From NCBI GenBank assembly GCA_047495785.1, contig JBLDXI010000054.1, forward strand, positions 2,232,001 through 2,296,000: a stretch of 64,000 nt of DNA. The letters run 5' to 3'. Every line of letters starts with the position of its first letter. Within the stretch, counting starts at the first letter, position 1. The stretch is from Lepidodermella squamata (Eukaryota; Animalia; Gastrotricha). The notes beneath the pieces are model-generated. The model did not search any database. It was given only the letters and a program-made list of their open reading frames with translations, and was not told the DNA's origin. Of the stretch, positions 1-11,245 are shown one piece after another. Both the position numbers and the translations under genes were made by a program.

Positions 1-1022
1 AAAGATAGCAAATATTGAAGCAGCCGCTGCGATTCCAGAGGGAACTACGGCCGAGGAAGACGTGTATTTAGCCGCTTCATCAGTGTAAATTTTTATCATT
101 TCAATTTCTAATTCTTGCAATATTAGTTAAATTGATCGATTTCTTTATTTTCGCAAAATTTCAAAATATGCGTTTTTAAGGCGGATTTTTTAAATTATTA
201 TTTTTGTTAAATTTTGATGATTTTTCTCATTTTTTTCAAATAATTTTAGAACGCAAATGGACGAGCTTGAAATGATGTTATCGTCTTTGAATCTCACAAA
301 TCTCCTGCCGATATTTCGCGACAACAACATAACCATGCAGGAGTTGCTGTGCCTCGACGATGAAGATCTGAAAAAACTCGGCGTTCAATCGATGGGCGCG
401 CGCAAGAAAATCATGGAAGGCGCTCATTTATTCACAGTCACGCCATTCGACGACAAAACCAGCTTGCCATCAGTCTATGATCGCCAGTTAACCTGCAAGG
501 ACTGTGTTCATGTTTTCTCGAATATTTCCAGCCATTTGAGCTGCATTGTTGGATCGACCCAGTACGCGAGGCGACAAGTCTGCCGATTACCCCATCTCAT
601 CCTAAATACTGAAGCGGTGAATTTTTTACTCTTTCATCAATTTTTTAAAAATTAAGGAGGAATTATTATAAAAAATTGTTTATTTATTTTAGGGTCCCAA
701 CTCAAATATTGACGCTTTGTTGAGTTATATCGATGATTCGGAGCACTGCGCCGCTCAACTTCAGGCCGAGTTGAAATTACTCAAGTCGAATTTGCAGCAA
801 ATTCAAACAAAAACAGAAATTATGCCTCAATTCCACGACTTGCGGCAAAAAACACCGCCTCGTTCTAGCCGTAGCAATTCCAAGTCGTGGACGATTCGGA
901 GCTTTCTTCTCGGCGGTGTTGTCGGAGCCGGTCTATTAGGCGCCGGTTATTTTGTCTATAAAAATCCGGATATAATTCCGCAAAAATTATCGGATAAATT
1001 TCAAAAACTTCTTCGTTATTAA
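1..1022 (+). CDS. ASZ1: ASZ1/GASZ-like piRNA-pathway protein, 3' part (SAM domain, coiled coil, C-terminal membrane anchor); 5' end outside the window
   Basis: Exons <1-84, 250-616 and 693-1022 join in frame across GT-AG introns. SAM motif LSSLNL..LLPIFRDNNITMQELLCLDDEDLKKLGVQSMGARKKI, then a heptad segment LQAELKLLKSNLQQI and a hydrophobic tail FLLGGVVGAGLLGAGYFVY. This order matches GASZ; its ankyrin repeats would lie upstream and are not visible. Confidence 0.65.
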
Positions 1023-1374
1023 TTATGTGATCTTTCTCTTTGAATCTTGAAGTGCTTCATCTCACGCCTGGTGATGGAAATTTGCATAATAACAAGCTGC
1101 AATAATCTTTCAGATTTGAGACAAACTATCCATGATTCGTCTATTGTTGCCGTTGTGTGCTAGAATTGCCTGACAAATTTCATGTTTTTTCTCTCTATCT
1201 CTGCCATAATATTGTGCTCAGAAATAGCTAAGTCATATCGCCGCTTTCTTCGTCGTTTTTCATCGTTGCTATTCACGTTAGTTGCTTCTTAATATAAAAA
1301 CACCAGTATTTACCTTGATTAAAAATTGAATGGTACAAATATATTAATTTTTGATGTTTTTTTTGTGTAGGAAA

Positions 1375-4300
1375 ATGACCTTAATATTCAGAGAAAATTC
1401 GCAGAAAATTGATAATTTGCCGGCCAATCGACCCCCGGTTGAGTTAATCAGTTGGCGTCTATTGCCGAGTGACGATTTTAAATCGATTTTTCTATATGGA
1501 GTCAACAACAAAACGCGAATCCTCGCCAAAACATCGCCGATTGTTGATCGTATCGATTTTAGGACGGTTCGAACTCAGAGCGGCTCTACAATCGTTCTGA
1601 CGGGATCGACTCGTCGTGATGACATGGCGAAAATTTTCCAGCCCGGCTTCGTCGACATGTTTTGGGATGGTTTTCCTGAAAATTGGAGCAGCCTAGTCCG
1701 CGAAGAGTTGCTTCGAATTTCGCTGTCGAGCGATAGAAGCAAAATCGCGCAGCTCGTCAGAAATATTTCTGGATATCACCTTGGCAAGGTAAAATTATAT
1801 TAATCATTTCTACCTGTATATGGGGTAACATTTAAATTTTTCGGTTCACAATATTTAAATTGCATTTAAAAAATTTCAAAATGAAAAAAATTGAAAAGAA
1901 TTACCTCGCTTCACGCTTGAAAATAGAATTTAAATTGGCGTCGGATACAAAAATTGTTTACTTCCGCTGAAGTAAAAAATATCAAGTCTTCTTAAAAAAT
2001 GAGATCAAAAGTTGATATTTTGACTGATTAAAATTTTTGGGAATTTTTATCATTTTTCTAGTCGTCGAACGATTCCTCGAATGCAAATATTCCCGACAAT
2101 GTATCAGACTGCTTTTCATCTCGAAGCTCACTTCCACTACCCGTTTCTACATTTGTTCGAATGCCGGTTACAATTTACACACCCGAGCCTAGTATATCGA
2201 GCAGGAGCGAAAAATTCTCCGAAAGCAGTCTTTCAATTACCAAAGCACCGATTTTCAACCCAAATCCTGTGTCAGTTGAAAAAATTGATCAAATTTCTGA
2301 ACCGGCTTTGAAAAAGAATGAAGCGACTTCAAAGTGGCTATTTCAGCCCAACTCCTCCTCGAAACCAAGAAAAACAACAGCAAGTGTAATTTCGAGTCGA
2401 AAATCAGGTGAAGTCAAGCCGGATTCTGACTTCGATTTTAATTTCGCCTGTGATAATGACGAGCTATCGACTAATTTTGGCTTCGGCATGGTATTTTGAT
2501 GCTCGTTATATTATTTTGATTTTTTCAAAAATTTATAATTTTTCAGCAAAAACGACGGAAATGGTATTTGCATCCGGACGAGCGTGGTCTGGATTATATC
2601 CGAAAATTGGACGATATTCCAGATGACACTGATTCGTCTGATTTTTCGATCGATGAAAGCGAAAAATCGTATCAAAATTCTGAAGATGACCCGGAAGAGG
2701 CTATTGCTTTGGCTTTAGAGCTCAAGGAACTTGGCTCGGTGCCTTTGGAAAATGACGCAAATGTTGAACCCGCTACAAAAGGCGAGAACAGCGCCGAAAA
2801 GGTATGCTCAAATTCAAAATATGGAATTCTTCAAATTTCATCGATTTTAATTTAGAGTGAAGTCGATTCGAAGAAAATTACAAAAAGGAAGAAGAAAATG
2901 ACGAGCGATGACGTGTGGTCTCGAGAAGACGTATCGTGGGCTCCCTCCCGAAGAAATTCGATACCTAAGAAAAGGTTCCGAACTCGCAGAATTGAAGCTG
3001 GCACATTTGATGACGAAGGAAATGAAGTCGAGGCTGAGTCTGCAGCTCCGCAACAAGAAATATCTACGGAAAATTGCCAGAACACAGCCGAGATGAATGT
3101 CCCTGAAATGGATGTCTCAACAAAGAGCAACAAGAAAGAACGAAAAGTAGGTCAAACAAATAAATCGCTAAGAAATTGAACCAATTCAAAAAAGTGGGAT
3201 TGGGAAAAAAAAATTTCTAACCCTGCTCTAGTTAGCAGGTTCCGAATTCAAAATTCATTTCTATAGGGACAGCAAATTCTTACATGCATAAATGACAACG
3301 TTGAAATTGCTACTTCATTTCGTGTAATTCTTGTTAATAACGAATTTCATCTTTATTTCAGTCAGTGATGGTCAGCGAGGAACTGTTTTCCGAGGTCGCA
3401 TCGGAGCCCATTCAGATTAGCCTTGCCAAAGTAAAGAAAGCAAATCCCAGCGTTGAATCTGGTTCCATCGATCTACAGGAGCCTGAGGCACAAGCTCAGT
3501 CCAATGAACCGATGTGCGAGCCAGTTGAATTAGCTGAGGAGCTGTTTGAAACAGCTCGAACGGGCCTGAATGCGACTTTGGCGTTCGAAAGCTCGAACGT
3601 ATTGAAGAAAAAACGAGTGAAAGCTGTGAAAATTCGAGGCGCGATACAGCCTGAGAAGAAATCTACCCGTGAACGAATGAAACCTGAACTCTTAGCCAGA
3701 GTTATGCAGGCTGAATTCGAAGCTAGCCGGAACATACCTCGATTGGTAAGAAATTTTGCGAATTTCCTGCGGCAGTCGTGAACTTATTTTCTAAATTGTT
3801 CAGCCAACACCTGTAGACGAGGACAAATTGTTCCGCAAGCCGGCTTGGATGATGAGCGAAGAGGAGCGGGCTAACTTTGAGGAGCAACGCCGATTGGAGA
3901 TAGATAAACTGGCCCAGAAAATATTGCGTAAACAAGACGCGAAGGAAATGAGGGAAGAGCTGAAAGAACTCAAGGAGAGGAGCGAATTGCCGCCGCCGGA
4001 GATTTTCGAATTTGAAGACGACGAATCGGAATTTTCTGACAGGTATGCTTCAAAATATACCTGTATATTGTAGCTTTTCAAGTTTTTCAATTTCGCTGCG
4101 ATGCGATGAGAACGGGTTTATTCGATCGTACTCGTGTTTTAGAAATTCTCAAATTGTTAAGGAGGATTTTTTGTATTTTTAATCATTTTTTTTTAATTTT
4201 GATTTTTTAGTGTGAGCGTCTGTTCGGCTGAAGTTGACGAAATCTTTGAAATGGACTATTCGGCGATGCCTCGTGACAAATCGAAATGTCAATGGACGCA

Positions 4301-5357
4301 AGAGGAGTACGAGGCTGTTGTTAACGGCTATCGCCGCTACTGCGGCACCCGCATGAAGTGGAAATTCATCCAAAAAGCGTACAAATGCCTCGCAAATCGC
4401 ACCCCTGTCCAGTGCCGAGACGCTTGGCACCGCTTGCGGCGGTGGCGCAAACGGCCGAAGAAGCCCGAACCGAAACAACGGCGAAAAGTCATCCCGTGGA
4501 CGCCCGAGGAATATCGAGCTATCAAAGCCGGGGTTGAAAAGTTCGGCACAGGGCGTTGGCGCGATATTCAGAAGCAGTACGCGTGCTTGTGGAACCGCAC
4601 GAATATCGACGTGTTGGACGCGTGGAAGCGATTGCAGAAGAATCCGAAGCTCACGGAGGAGAATTTGCATTCGAATTATGCGTACAACGAAAATCCTGCC
4701 GAGACGGAAAAGCGGCGTAGGCAAAGGGAAATGCGCAATAAGAGGAAGGAGGAAACCATGGGCGAGGACATTTCGGACGAGGAAGAGTCCCAAGTCGAAA
4801 AAGAGCCCGACGAGGCATTGCGAGAATGGCAAAGAAGTGAGATCAGGGCGTTGAATTTAGCTTATAAAAAGTTGGGACCCAACTGGGAAGAGATTTACAG
4901 ATCTTACAAGGCCCTGAAACACCGGACCCCAGCCGAAATTAAAGTCAAATGGCTTGAGCTTAACAATAAGGATGATAAATCCGAAACCTCTGTCCCTAAT
5001 ATCGAGGGCGAAATTAATATATGTGAGACAAAGAGCGACTCGCCAACAGTCGAAAACACTGAAAACAAGTCCGGGGAAGTTGAGGATTTGGGCGAAGAGA
5101 CTGAGGAAATCGGCGGGAAATTGTGGACTCGGACTGAACTGGTCGCCCTTCGAGCCGGGGTTCAGAAATTAGGGCTTCGGAAGTGGAAAGCGATGCGTGG
5201 TTCTTACCCTTGCCTTCGGAAATTCTCCGATTCTGAACTTAGTCTGGCGTGGCATAAAAACGTGATGCTTCGACGTGAAAGCCTGAAAGTTTGGCTGAAT
5301 AAGCGCGGCCAACCTGCTGAAGAACATGTTCCGTCTAAGAAGTCGAAAAAATCATAG
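1375..5357 (+). CDS. MIS18BP1: KNL2/Mis18BP1-like protein: N-terminal SANTA domain plus four C-terminal Myb/SANT repeats (~1052 aa, 7 exons)
   Basis: SANTA signature LISWRL...TSPIVDRIDFRTVRTQSGSTIVLTG...FWDGFPENW. Exons 1375-1788, 2062-2490, 2547-2801, 2856-3146, 3362-3745, 3804-4042 and 4211-5357 all join in frame with GT-AG sites. The last exon has four WT..E...G..W...RT....W repeats. Confidence 0.8.
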
Positions 5358-5686
5358 CCGGTCGAATGCGGTTTTTTATAATGTATATGCTGTTGTATTC
5401 AAACGCGCTTTGTATTCCATTGTTAATGATTTCCAATTTTCAATTTTTCAAATACCGATGATGACTTTCAAATAAAAGTTTGCTCACGAACAAATTTCTT
5501 TTATTTTTAAACAGGATCTCGGTGCAAATGAGAGGCGAAGATTTTAATTGAATTTCGAGATAACAACAACCGCACTACGTTGGATATATTTTAACCTAAT
5601 ATATTAAGCTAGAATACAATATACATCAACACTAGTCACGCTGAGATGCACGGGCAAATATGGATTCAGTTTAATACTGCCAACCT

Positions 5687-7993
5687 CTAGAGACAATTAA
5701 ACGAAATGGTTGAAGCTGAAACAAATATTGAAGAGAACGCAACGACGGCAAACTTAGCGTAAGGATCGCGTACTAAGGTTAAAATCAACATTGCAGCAAC
5801 GACGCATGTAATGTAATTGCCGGTTGATATTCTCAAAAAGTTGAATTCGCGCTCAGAGCCCACGCCAGGATATTGCCAACGCAGCTGGTTAAGATTCAAA
5901 CATGCCTTGATCATTATCAGTAGATTAATCGCTGCAAATGCCAACATCCATTGGTATTGATACACTGCTTCGCATAAGAAGCCTTTTTGATGAATCATGG
6001 TGTCCAAAGTTTCAGAATAAATGCTGCTTAATTCGATCGAGTTAGCTTGAAAACTCTGCTGGTTTGAAGCAATCCAAACAGCGAAAACAGCGATAGACAA
6101 ACTGGCGAACAGCAGGGCACGGCTGATGAGATATCGATTGAGAAGAGACTTTTCTTGGTCTGTAGATGGAATAACGATGTTGAAGGCGGATCTGAATCGC
6201 CTCTTCGACCTTTTCCTTGAATGGGCTCCGGGTGTATTTACCGATATGCTACTGCTGGTCACAGCGGTGGTGGATATGACGATCGTCGGAACAAGCTGAG
6301 CTGTGGCAAGAATTTTCGCTATGTTCGGCGAATTGACCAATGCGTTAGATTTCGCCCACAATACACTACTTGTGGCGCACGAACCAATTATCAAAAAAGC
6401 AAACTGAAATGCACAAAGGTAGCCCCCCTTTTCATTCGAATTGGTAACGAAAAGAACTGCAGAGATTGTTGTCAGGACACCTCCAAACCATAAGCAGGCG
6501 GTCCACATTCTCAAGGAGCGTTGATATCTCATTGATTTCTGAGCAAGATAGCAATGCAATAGGAAATTCATCGAAGCCAGAAAGTAAAGAGTAGCAGAGG
6601 CTGACAACGGTACGCCAATCGCTCTGATTTTATTAAGCCATCCATCTTTTGGTAGGTTACCGTCAGGCGAGCCGCTCCAAACGAAATTCCCGCCAATAAA
6701 TTGATAGGCTTCGACATTAGTGAAATCAGCGCTTTGATTAAGTACCACTTGATTGATCAGCCTCAGTCCTATTTCGCGATTGAAGACCCCGTAGAACATA
6801 GGCTCAAAGTCCATTTCCTTACGCGACGAGTAGAGAGCTCTACCGACTCTCAGGCCGACGAAGTTCGATTGACCAACGCTTTCGTTCGCAAGTTTCATGA
6901 CCAACTTTGGTTGCTTGCCGTAGTCTCGAAGCGTGAGATTGATTGTATTCAGTTTCCTTTCTGTGCTATCAAGAGCTAGAACTAAAAGCTCCATTGCATC
7001 ATGACAGAAGTATTTTGATTTCGGATCAGAATTTTTTGGGGCAATAGCTGCATATCGCTGCTCAAATCCAACTAAATCGTAACCCATTTCCGTTTCTCCG
7101 AAGTTCCTAGCAGGAGACAGAATCGGTCCGATCCATATCGCTATCTTCAATTGTTCATACAGCATTTCGGCAGTGCAGCCTGAGGGTCGGTTAGCCGTAG
7201 TAGGATCGAAAAGATGGAGAGTTTGCGAAAAATAGGCGTATCGTGGGCCAGTTATTCCAACTTGATATGCCTTGCAGAGGAAGCTGATCAAATAATTAGC
7301 ATCAGAAGAATCTATTGAAATGATTCGCAAGTTGCTGGCTTTCAAAGAAAGCATCTGCTCATCAGTGATTGTTGATGACAAATCAAACCAAGGAACATGA
7401 ATTCCTAAGTCGATACACAACTGATAGAACAATTTAGCAGTTCCGACATCGAAAAGGTTGTCGGAAAACGCAAGAACAGCTATCTTGCTCCATCCTATCT
7501 GCAGATGGTTGAGTTTCATGATCGCAGCCCGTTCGTAAGCAACACTCAGACCAGGCATTCGAATTCGGTATACGTTCGGGAACTTGACTCGATCGCCGAC
7601 AAGATTTGGAGCTCCGCATCCGAATGCGACGCTGACCAAGTTGAGATGATGCAAGATAGGTCCACCCTTTTCGCAGCCAGGGCTGAGAGACGGTCCGAGG
7701 GTTATTGGCGATAAGGTGGCATCCTGGCTTGCTCCGCTTTGGGTGAAGTTGAGGTAAGATGGAACAGCATATACAGCTTGAGGTCCTTCGTCGTAGTAGA
7801 CTGGTTCGATTCTGTAGTCTGGTAACAGTTTTTGGTTAGAGTTTGCTGCATTTATTGCGACTTGAACTGCAGCTCTACAGCTCTCATCGATGCCTTGATT
7901 CATCACCATCACTCGAAGAGCATTCCGCTTTACAGATAAAGCTTGAGAATAGATTGATAAGAGGAATCCAAACGTTAGAAACAAGTTACCCAT
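5687..7993 (-). CDS. Intronless class C GPCR, GABA-B-like (signal peptide, ANF/Venus-flytrap ectodomain, 7TM), divergent
   Basis: 768-aa ORF. Signal peptide; AAVQVAINAANSNQKLLPDYRI, GWSKIAVL and FLCKAYQVGITGPRYAY are typical ANF-receptor motifs; seven hydrophobic segments; no cysteine-rich linker. Confidence 0.8.
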   Translation of the reverse strand: MGNLFLTFGFLLSIYSQALSVKRNALRVMVMNQGIDESCRAAVQVAINAANSNQKLLPDYRIEPVYYDEGPQAVYAVPSYLNFTQSGASQDATLSPITLGPSLSPGCEKGGPILHHLNLVSVAFGCGAPNLVGDRVKFPNVYRIRMPGLSVAYERAAIMKLNHLQIGWSKIAVLAFSDNLFDVGTAKLFYQLCIDLGIHVPWFDLSSTITDEQMLSLKASNLRIISIDSSDANYLISFLCKAYQVGITGPRYAYFSQTLHLFDPTTANRPSGCTAEMLYEQLKIAIWIGPILSPARNFGETEMGYDLVGFEQRYAAIAPKNSDPKSKYFCHDAMELLVLALDSTERKLNTINLTLRDYGKQPKLVMKLANESVGQSNFVGLRVGRALYSSRKEMDFEPMFYGVFNREIGLRLINQVVLNQSADFTNVEAYQFIGGNFVWSGSPDGNLPKDGWLNKIRAIGVPLSASATLYFLASMNFLLHCYLAQKSMRYQRSLRMWTACLWFGGVLTTISAVLFVTNSNEKGGYLCAFQFAFLIIGSCATSSVLWAKSNALVNSPNIAKILATAQLVPTIVISTTAVTSSSISVNTPGAHSRKRSKRRFRSAFNIVIPSTDQEKSLLNRYLISRALLFASLSIAVFAVWIASNQQSFQANSIELSSIYSETLDTMIHQKGFLCEAVYQYQWMLAFAAINLLIMIKACLNLNQLRWQYPGVGSEREFNFLRISTGNYITCVVAAMLILTLVRDPYAKFAVVAFSSIFVSASTISFNCL

Positions 7994-8555
7994 TTGAATT
8001 GAAAAGTTTTAGGTAATAAAAAAGTTGTACTGAAAATCATACGGTTTCTGCATGTCTTATAGCATTTTTGAATCCGGTACATCGGCTAAGACTGAATGTC
8101 ACGGGGCTCTTAGCGCAAGGAAGGGGAGTGTTACGTCAATTTGTTGGACATTTCCCAAAGTGTCAGGTGTTTCGTTTGACTCGTTTATAAAGAATATATT
8201 GAGAGGGACAGGATGTGCATTAAGCGAAATCAATCAATCAATCAAACTTAGAGCGTCTTTATTCGGTGTCGTAAACAGGAACACTGACCACATGACGTCG
8301 GAATCGTCCACTCTACTAGAAAGCCCCAGTGCCCCAGTTATGAATGATTCCTGGATAAAAAGCTTCAAAGCCAGTAATTCGTTGATTCATGGAAGAAGCG
8401 AACATGCCTGCGCGAAATTTTCCAGATCAATACTTTACCAGCTGACTAAATAAACACCAAAACATACAACCTTATACTACGGTGTTTTCAAGTCATGCGA
8501 TTAAGCTTCAGCCTTGTATAGGTATAGCTCATAGCTGCTACGTTAGTTTGTAGTC

Positions 8556-10451
8556 ATGAAAGTAATGGCCGAAAATGTGAACGTCTTTTCCAACAAAAGC
8601 AAGGAAGTTGAAGAAAAACTTGTAGAGCAGCCTAGAGTTCCCCATGTGGCCAAATACACCCGATACCACGCTGTCGTCTATTTCTCCACATTCATAGCGT
8701 ATGATTTATCATAATCCCCACCAGGAATAACCAAAATCGTAATTTTAACTAGAGGTTCGTTGGTCTACGTTAGCCGTAAATCGTTCAGCAATTCCAAATC
8801 TACGATCGCCGAAGAATGGACACCTTCAAATCCGATAGGAAATTCTTCCGCACATCGGCAACCGTTTCAGGTCAGTTACCATCCATTTCTCAGCTACATT
8901 ATTCAATGCATTAATTTGTAGATATGGAATGCCCATGAGTTTTTCCCCCACAGCGACGATCCTGGTTTGAAAGCTTTTCTCGGGGTTCTTGATACTATTT
9001 GGCAGCTCTTCTACGCCCTCGTACGTTAATCGAAGGAAAATATCGTAATAAATCGCTAGTTTTGATGTTTTGGTACCAACAATAGGCTCAAATTTGCAGT
9101 GGTACGCTTGGCGATAACTTTGACTTGAGACACGTGCTTTTCATATCCCTTTTCGGCAATGCTGTATCCCAAATCGTATTCGCATGTATTACCGAGTGGC
9201 TCAACTTCTACAGAATTCCGATGTACTTGTGCCTCACTGTCATCAACAGCTTGTTTCAATCAATTCATTGGGCTGCCTTTATAGCAATTTTAGGAAACTG
9301 GTTTGGCAAAGCCAAGTAAGCTAAAATCAAGGCTATTAGCCTTCAATCAAGTAAATCATTGAATGTTCTAGCCGTGGGCTCATCTTCGGCTCTTGGAGCG
9401 TATGCCAATCAGTTGGGAACATTATAGGGGCTCTATTGACTGCAGAACTCCTTCACTATGGATACGACATTGCTGTTCTTGTTCCCAATCTTCTTCTCTT
9501 ATCATTTAGTATAATTCTATTTTTCGGACTCGTACCGACGCCAAAAGAAATAGGACTAGATGTCCCGCTTGCTTTGCACAGTCAGAAGCAGGAATCTGTG
9601 GAGGATGATAATGAACCCCTCGTGGAGCCAGAAAATCGACCAATAGCAATTTGGGAAGCTATTAGGCTGCCTGGTGTTTTAATGGTTAGTTTGGCTTTAG
9701 TTTGTCTTTTGTCTTCATTCGATCTATTTCCGATTTCTAGTATTCGCTTGCTCTCGCTGCAATTAAAGTTGTGAACCAGTCGCTGTCAGGTTGGCTGGCG
9801 TTCTACCTGGCACGAAACTATAAATGGGGAGCTGCTGAGGCATCATCCCTATCGAGTTGGTTTGATTTCGGGAGCATAATAGGGTCTATCATTGGCGGGT
9901 TCGCCTCGGATAAATGCGGCCGATCACTTGTTTTGACTTGCATGATCACGGCAGCCATTCCCTCGTTTTTCATTTACAAGAGTAAGTCCTGAATCGTTTA
10001 TTCTAACATTCAGGCATAATTTGTTGCGTATAGCTTTGCCGGCCGATCGATTGATGAATTCAGTTGTCCTATTAGCTATCGGCATCTGCGTCGGTGGCAA
10101 TAAGAATATCATTGGTTCAGCAATTGCCGCAGATCTCGGTCGTCAGCCCTGTCTTAAAGGTAACACTGCAGCTCTTTCAACAGTCACTGGTGTCATGAGC
10201 GGATTGAGCAGCCTTGGATCTGCGCTCAGTCAAATGCTCGTTCCACTACTACAGACAAGGTTTGGTTGGGAAGCTGTTTTTGAGATGTTGATTGCCGCCG
10301 TAAGTTGCCAAATCATTATTTATTTTGAAGCCTGATAATATAAGAAAGTTCGTTTTTCCAGTGTTTCATTGCACTGGCCTGCATGGTTCATCTTCTCTGC
10401 AAAGATCTGTGCCTTTCAGAATCCCGAAAGCAAGTCAGTTCTCGGAAGTAG
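8556..10451 (+). CDS. SLC37 family sugar-phosphate exchanger (MFS), multi-exon
   Basis: Motifs YVSRKSFSNSK, GRLADNFDLR, LGNWFGKAK-RGLIFGSW..CQSVGNIIG and IGSAIAADLG...ALSTVTGV. ATG at 8556, TAG ends at 10451, many ~50-bp introns. Confidence 0.88.
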
Positions 10452-10962
10452 ACACCAACTGTCAGAAAAATTTGTATCTCATAATTGAATAAAATAAGGA
10501 ATATCACTTGTTCATTCTTATATTTTTCCAGAGAATTTCTCTCCCCTTGCAGCTGTGCCCAAGTTATGTGTTGTGTTGGTTGAAACCCGAAATCCGGAGA
10601 GCCCATGAGTTTGCGAATATATGCAACACGACTTCACTTGACACATGAAGGCTCGCCGCCATGCAAAGCAGAGGCAAAATCAAACCTCAAACATGATATT
10701 TTATCCAACAAAGTTTATTTCATTCGAAACAAAAGAATAGAAAAATATACAACATAAACCATGGAATTAATGGAACTATGGAACCAGAAAGTTGAACTAT
10801 AGCAATACCTCTATCCTCCATAAAGCAAACGTGAGAGCTTATTCAATCCTGGTAAATTAATGTCATTTAATTGACGATAAATATATTTTAGGAAGGATAA
10901 AATGAATTGTGGGTGTGCTTATTACTCAAATTCAAATCTAAAAGTTGGGAATCAGTGCTTTG

Positions 10963-11002
10963 GATTTGATTTGATTTGATTTGATTTGATTTGATTTGAT
11001 TT
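10963..11002. repeat. (GATTT)n pentanucleotide microsatellite, ~8 units
   Basis: gatttgatttgatttg... read directly from the sequence. Confidence 0.9.
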
Positions 11003-11245
11003 ACACCCTATTTTCACTGATTTAGATTTGAAATGATTGATTTATAGGGGGAGCATTTTGATTTGATTGATTTTGATTTACCCTTGAGGATGCAATCGAA
11101 AAAAGTGATAAGCGAAACTAAGATCTCACCTCTTTTTGATGAAAATTTGCTTTATAGAAAGGGAAAAAGATTCACATTCGCGATATTTCATCCATTTCTT
11201 GTCATTTCGAAGCACCACGCGCGCGCGCGCATTTTCATGGCCCCT

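Noticed and set aside
4179-4832. 217-aa antisense ORF and similar shadow ORFs (12340-12729, 40425-41157, 60738-61163)
   Set aside because: They lie opposite well-supported GC-richer exons and show no motifs; they are codon-bias shadows.
8052-8453. 133-aa ORF between the GPCR and SLC37 genes
   Set aside because: No recognisable motif or splice link; it sits in the divergent promoter region.
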